From Gemmatimonadota bacterium (GTDB lineage Bacteria; Gemmatimonadota; Gemmatimonadetes; Palauibacterales; Palauibacteraceae), in NCBI GenBank assembly GCA_039588275.1, contig JBDHAC010000019.1, positions 59,311-86,724 of the forward strand: 27,414 bases of DNA, in the 5' to 3' direction. Made by a program: the position numbers and the translations under genes. Under the pieces are notes generated by a model, which saw nothing but the letters and a program-made list of their open reading frames with translations, was not told the origin of the DNA and searched no databases. Positions 26,210-27,414 of this stretch are shown here, piece after piece. The number at the start of each line of letters is the position of its first letter. Position 1 is the first letter of the stretch.

Positions 26210-27414
26210 ATGTCGCTTGCCACGCCCATACGGATCCGCCGGACATGCTCCTTGATCACAGGAACGCTCGCTTTGGGTTTTACGGGTTGCGGTAGTGATC
26301 CAGCGCCGCTGACCGTCGAACTACCGCTGCACCTGGAAGAACACCTGGACGCCGCCACGATCGTCGGCTCCGAAGTTCCTTCCGACATCGTCGAACCCGT
26401 GGAGTGGCGGTTCGACACGCCGCAGACCGATTGGCGACCGGCCCCGTCCTGGAACCCCACGATCGACTCGCCGACGCTTTCCTACACGGAAGATGCGCTC
26501 CGCGTCACGCTGACAGAGGGCACGAGGAACCCGCGCGGGGTCCCGCGAGGAGGGATTCAGCTGGAGGTGCCGGGCTGGAGCCGGGAGGATTGGGCCTACC
26601 TCGTGATTCGCGCCCGAACGTCGGAGGAAATCAACGGCATCTCGGTCGCCTTCAACCGTCGCGAGGGCTCGGGAACGGCTGATGACTTCCCGTGGCCATG
26701 GGAGCACAGCGGCGATTTCGCTCCCATTATCGATGACGGGACGGTTCAGACGTACATGCTCCGCGCCGATTGGTCGGAGGAAGTCTGGGAAGGCGACTGG
26801 AGACAGTTGGGACTGTGGCTCGGCTCCCCCGAACCGGCCAGTATCGAGATCCTGTCGATCAGCCTGATACGCAAGGAGGCCAACTACGGCGAGGCTGGAG
26901 CAGGCACGCGGGAAGAGGTCCGGAACCGCGTTTACCGCCGTTCGATCTACACCCACACCCCGGGACGGCTCGAGTACCGGGTGCGTGTGCCCGAGGGCGG
27001 TCGACTCCGCGTCGGGCTGGGCGTACTGCGCGACGACGCGCCAGTAACGTTCCGCGTCGAGGCGCGACAGGGCGACAGGACGCATTCCCTGTTCGAGGAG
27101 TCCTACGCCGCGAAGGAGAGTTGGGGGCAGCGATCGGTGGATCTGTCGAGCCTGGCCGGGCAGACCGTGACGCTGGCGCTCGAGGCCGAATCGGAGCGCG
27201 AGGGCACAGTCGCGCTGTGGGGGGCACCGACGCTGTCCGGCGCAGGCACCCCCAGGATGCCCAACGTCATCTTCTACGTGATCGATGGCGGTGCGGCGGA
27301 CTTCATGAGCGTGTACGGGTACAACCGCCGCACCACCCCGAACATCGAACGCCTCGCGGCGGAGGGAGCGGTGTTCGAGCATGCGTACAGCAACGCCTCC
27401 TGGACGAGACCGTC
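26210..27414 (+). CDS. Sulfatase-like lipoprotein (alkaline phosphatase superfamily), truncated by the window end; absent from ORF track
   Basis: GGGGAG RBS; MSLATPIRIRRTCSLITGTLALGFTG-C lipobox; frame open to the edge; ends PNVIFYVIDGGAADFMSVYGYNRRTTPNIERLAAEGAVFEHAYSNASWTRP. Confidence 0.88.
   Translation, partial: MSLATPIRIRRTCSLITGTLALGFTGCGSDPAPLTVELPLHLEEHLDAATIVGSEVPSDIVEPVEWRFDTPQTDWRPAPSWNPTIDSPTLSYTEDALRVTLTEGTRNPRGVPRGGIQLEVPGWSREDWAYLVIRARTSEEINGISVAFNRREGSGTADDFPWPWEHSGDFAPIIDDGTVQTYMLRADWSEEVWEGDWRQLGLWLGSPEPASIEILSISLIRKEANYGEAGAGTREEVRNRVYRRSIYTHTPGRLEYRVRVPEGGRLRVGLGVLRDDAPVTFRVEARQGDRTHSLFEESYAAKESWGQRSVDLSSLAGQTVTLALEAESEREGTVALWGAPTLSGAGTPRMPNVIFYVIDGGAADFMSVYGYNRRTTPNIERLAAEGAVFEHAYSNASWTRP

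Noticed and set aside
26321..27382. 353-aa minus-strand ORF, and similar long antisense ORFs such as 2526-3674, 7435-8502 and 10907-12094
   Set aside because: Shadow frames of real genes in high-GC DNA with no recognisable motifs; the plus-strand frame here encodes the sulfatase-like protein.

Overview
GC-rich bacterial chromosomal window, probably Gemmatimonadota (inferred from the style of the Hanks-type kinase, the BTAD regulator and the NuoB sequence). It has about 20 conventional genes and is dominated by exported proteins and envelope signalling. In order: NTF2-like lipoprotein; membrane Ser/Thr kinase with TPRs; a divergent three-gene DUF4097 operon; a membrane-anchored SARP/BTAD regulator; SRPBCC protein plus orphan nuoB; 2OG-Fe(II) oxygenase plus serine hydrolase; two secreted hypotheticals; an S33-like peptidase preceded by a 60-aa cystine-knot-like micro-protein; S9 peptidase; cysteine synthase-family enzyme; Pro-rich TPR protein; a second NTF2-like protein; Tat-signal alanine-racemase-fold enzyme plus a DUF5916-like outer-membrane protein; and a sulfatase-like lipoprotein truncated by the window edge and missing from the ORF track. 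I found no rRNA, tRNA, CRISPR array or mobile element. The best leads are the knottin-like micro-protein between two peptidases, a self-contained ECF-promoter/20-codon ORF/terminator unit, the Tat racemase homologue with a remodelled active site, and the orphan nuoB. All calls come from reading motifs by eye; no database search was run.
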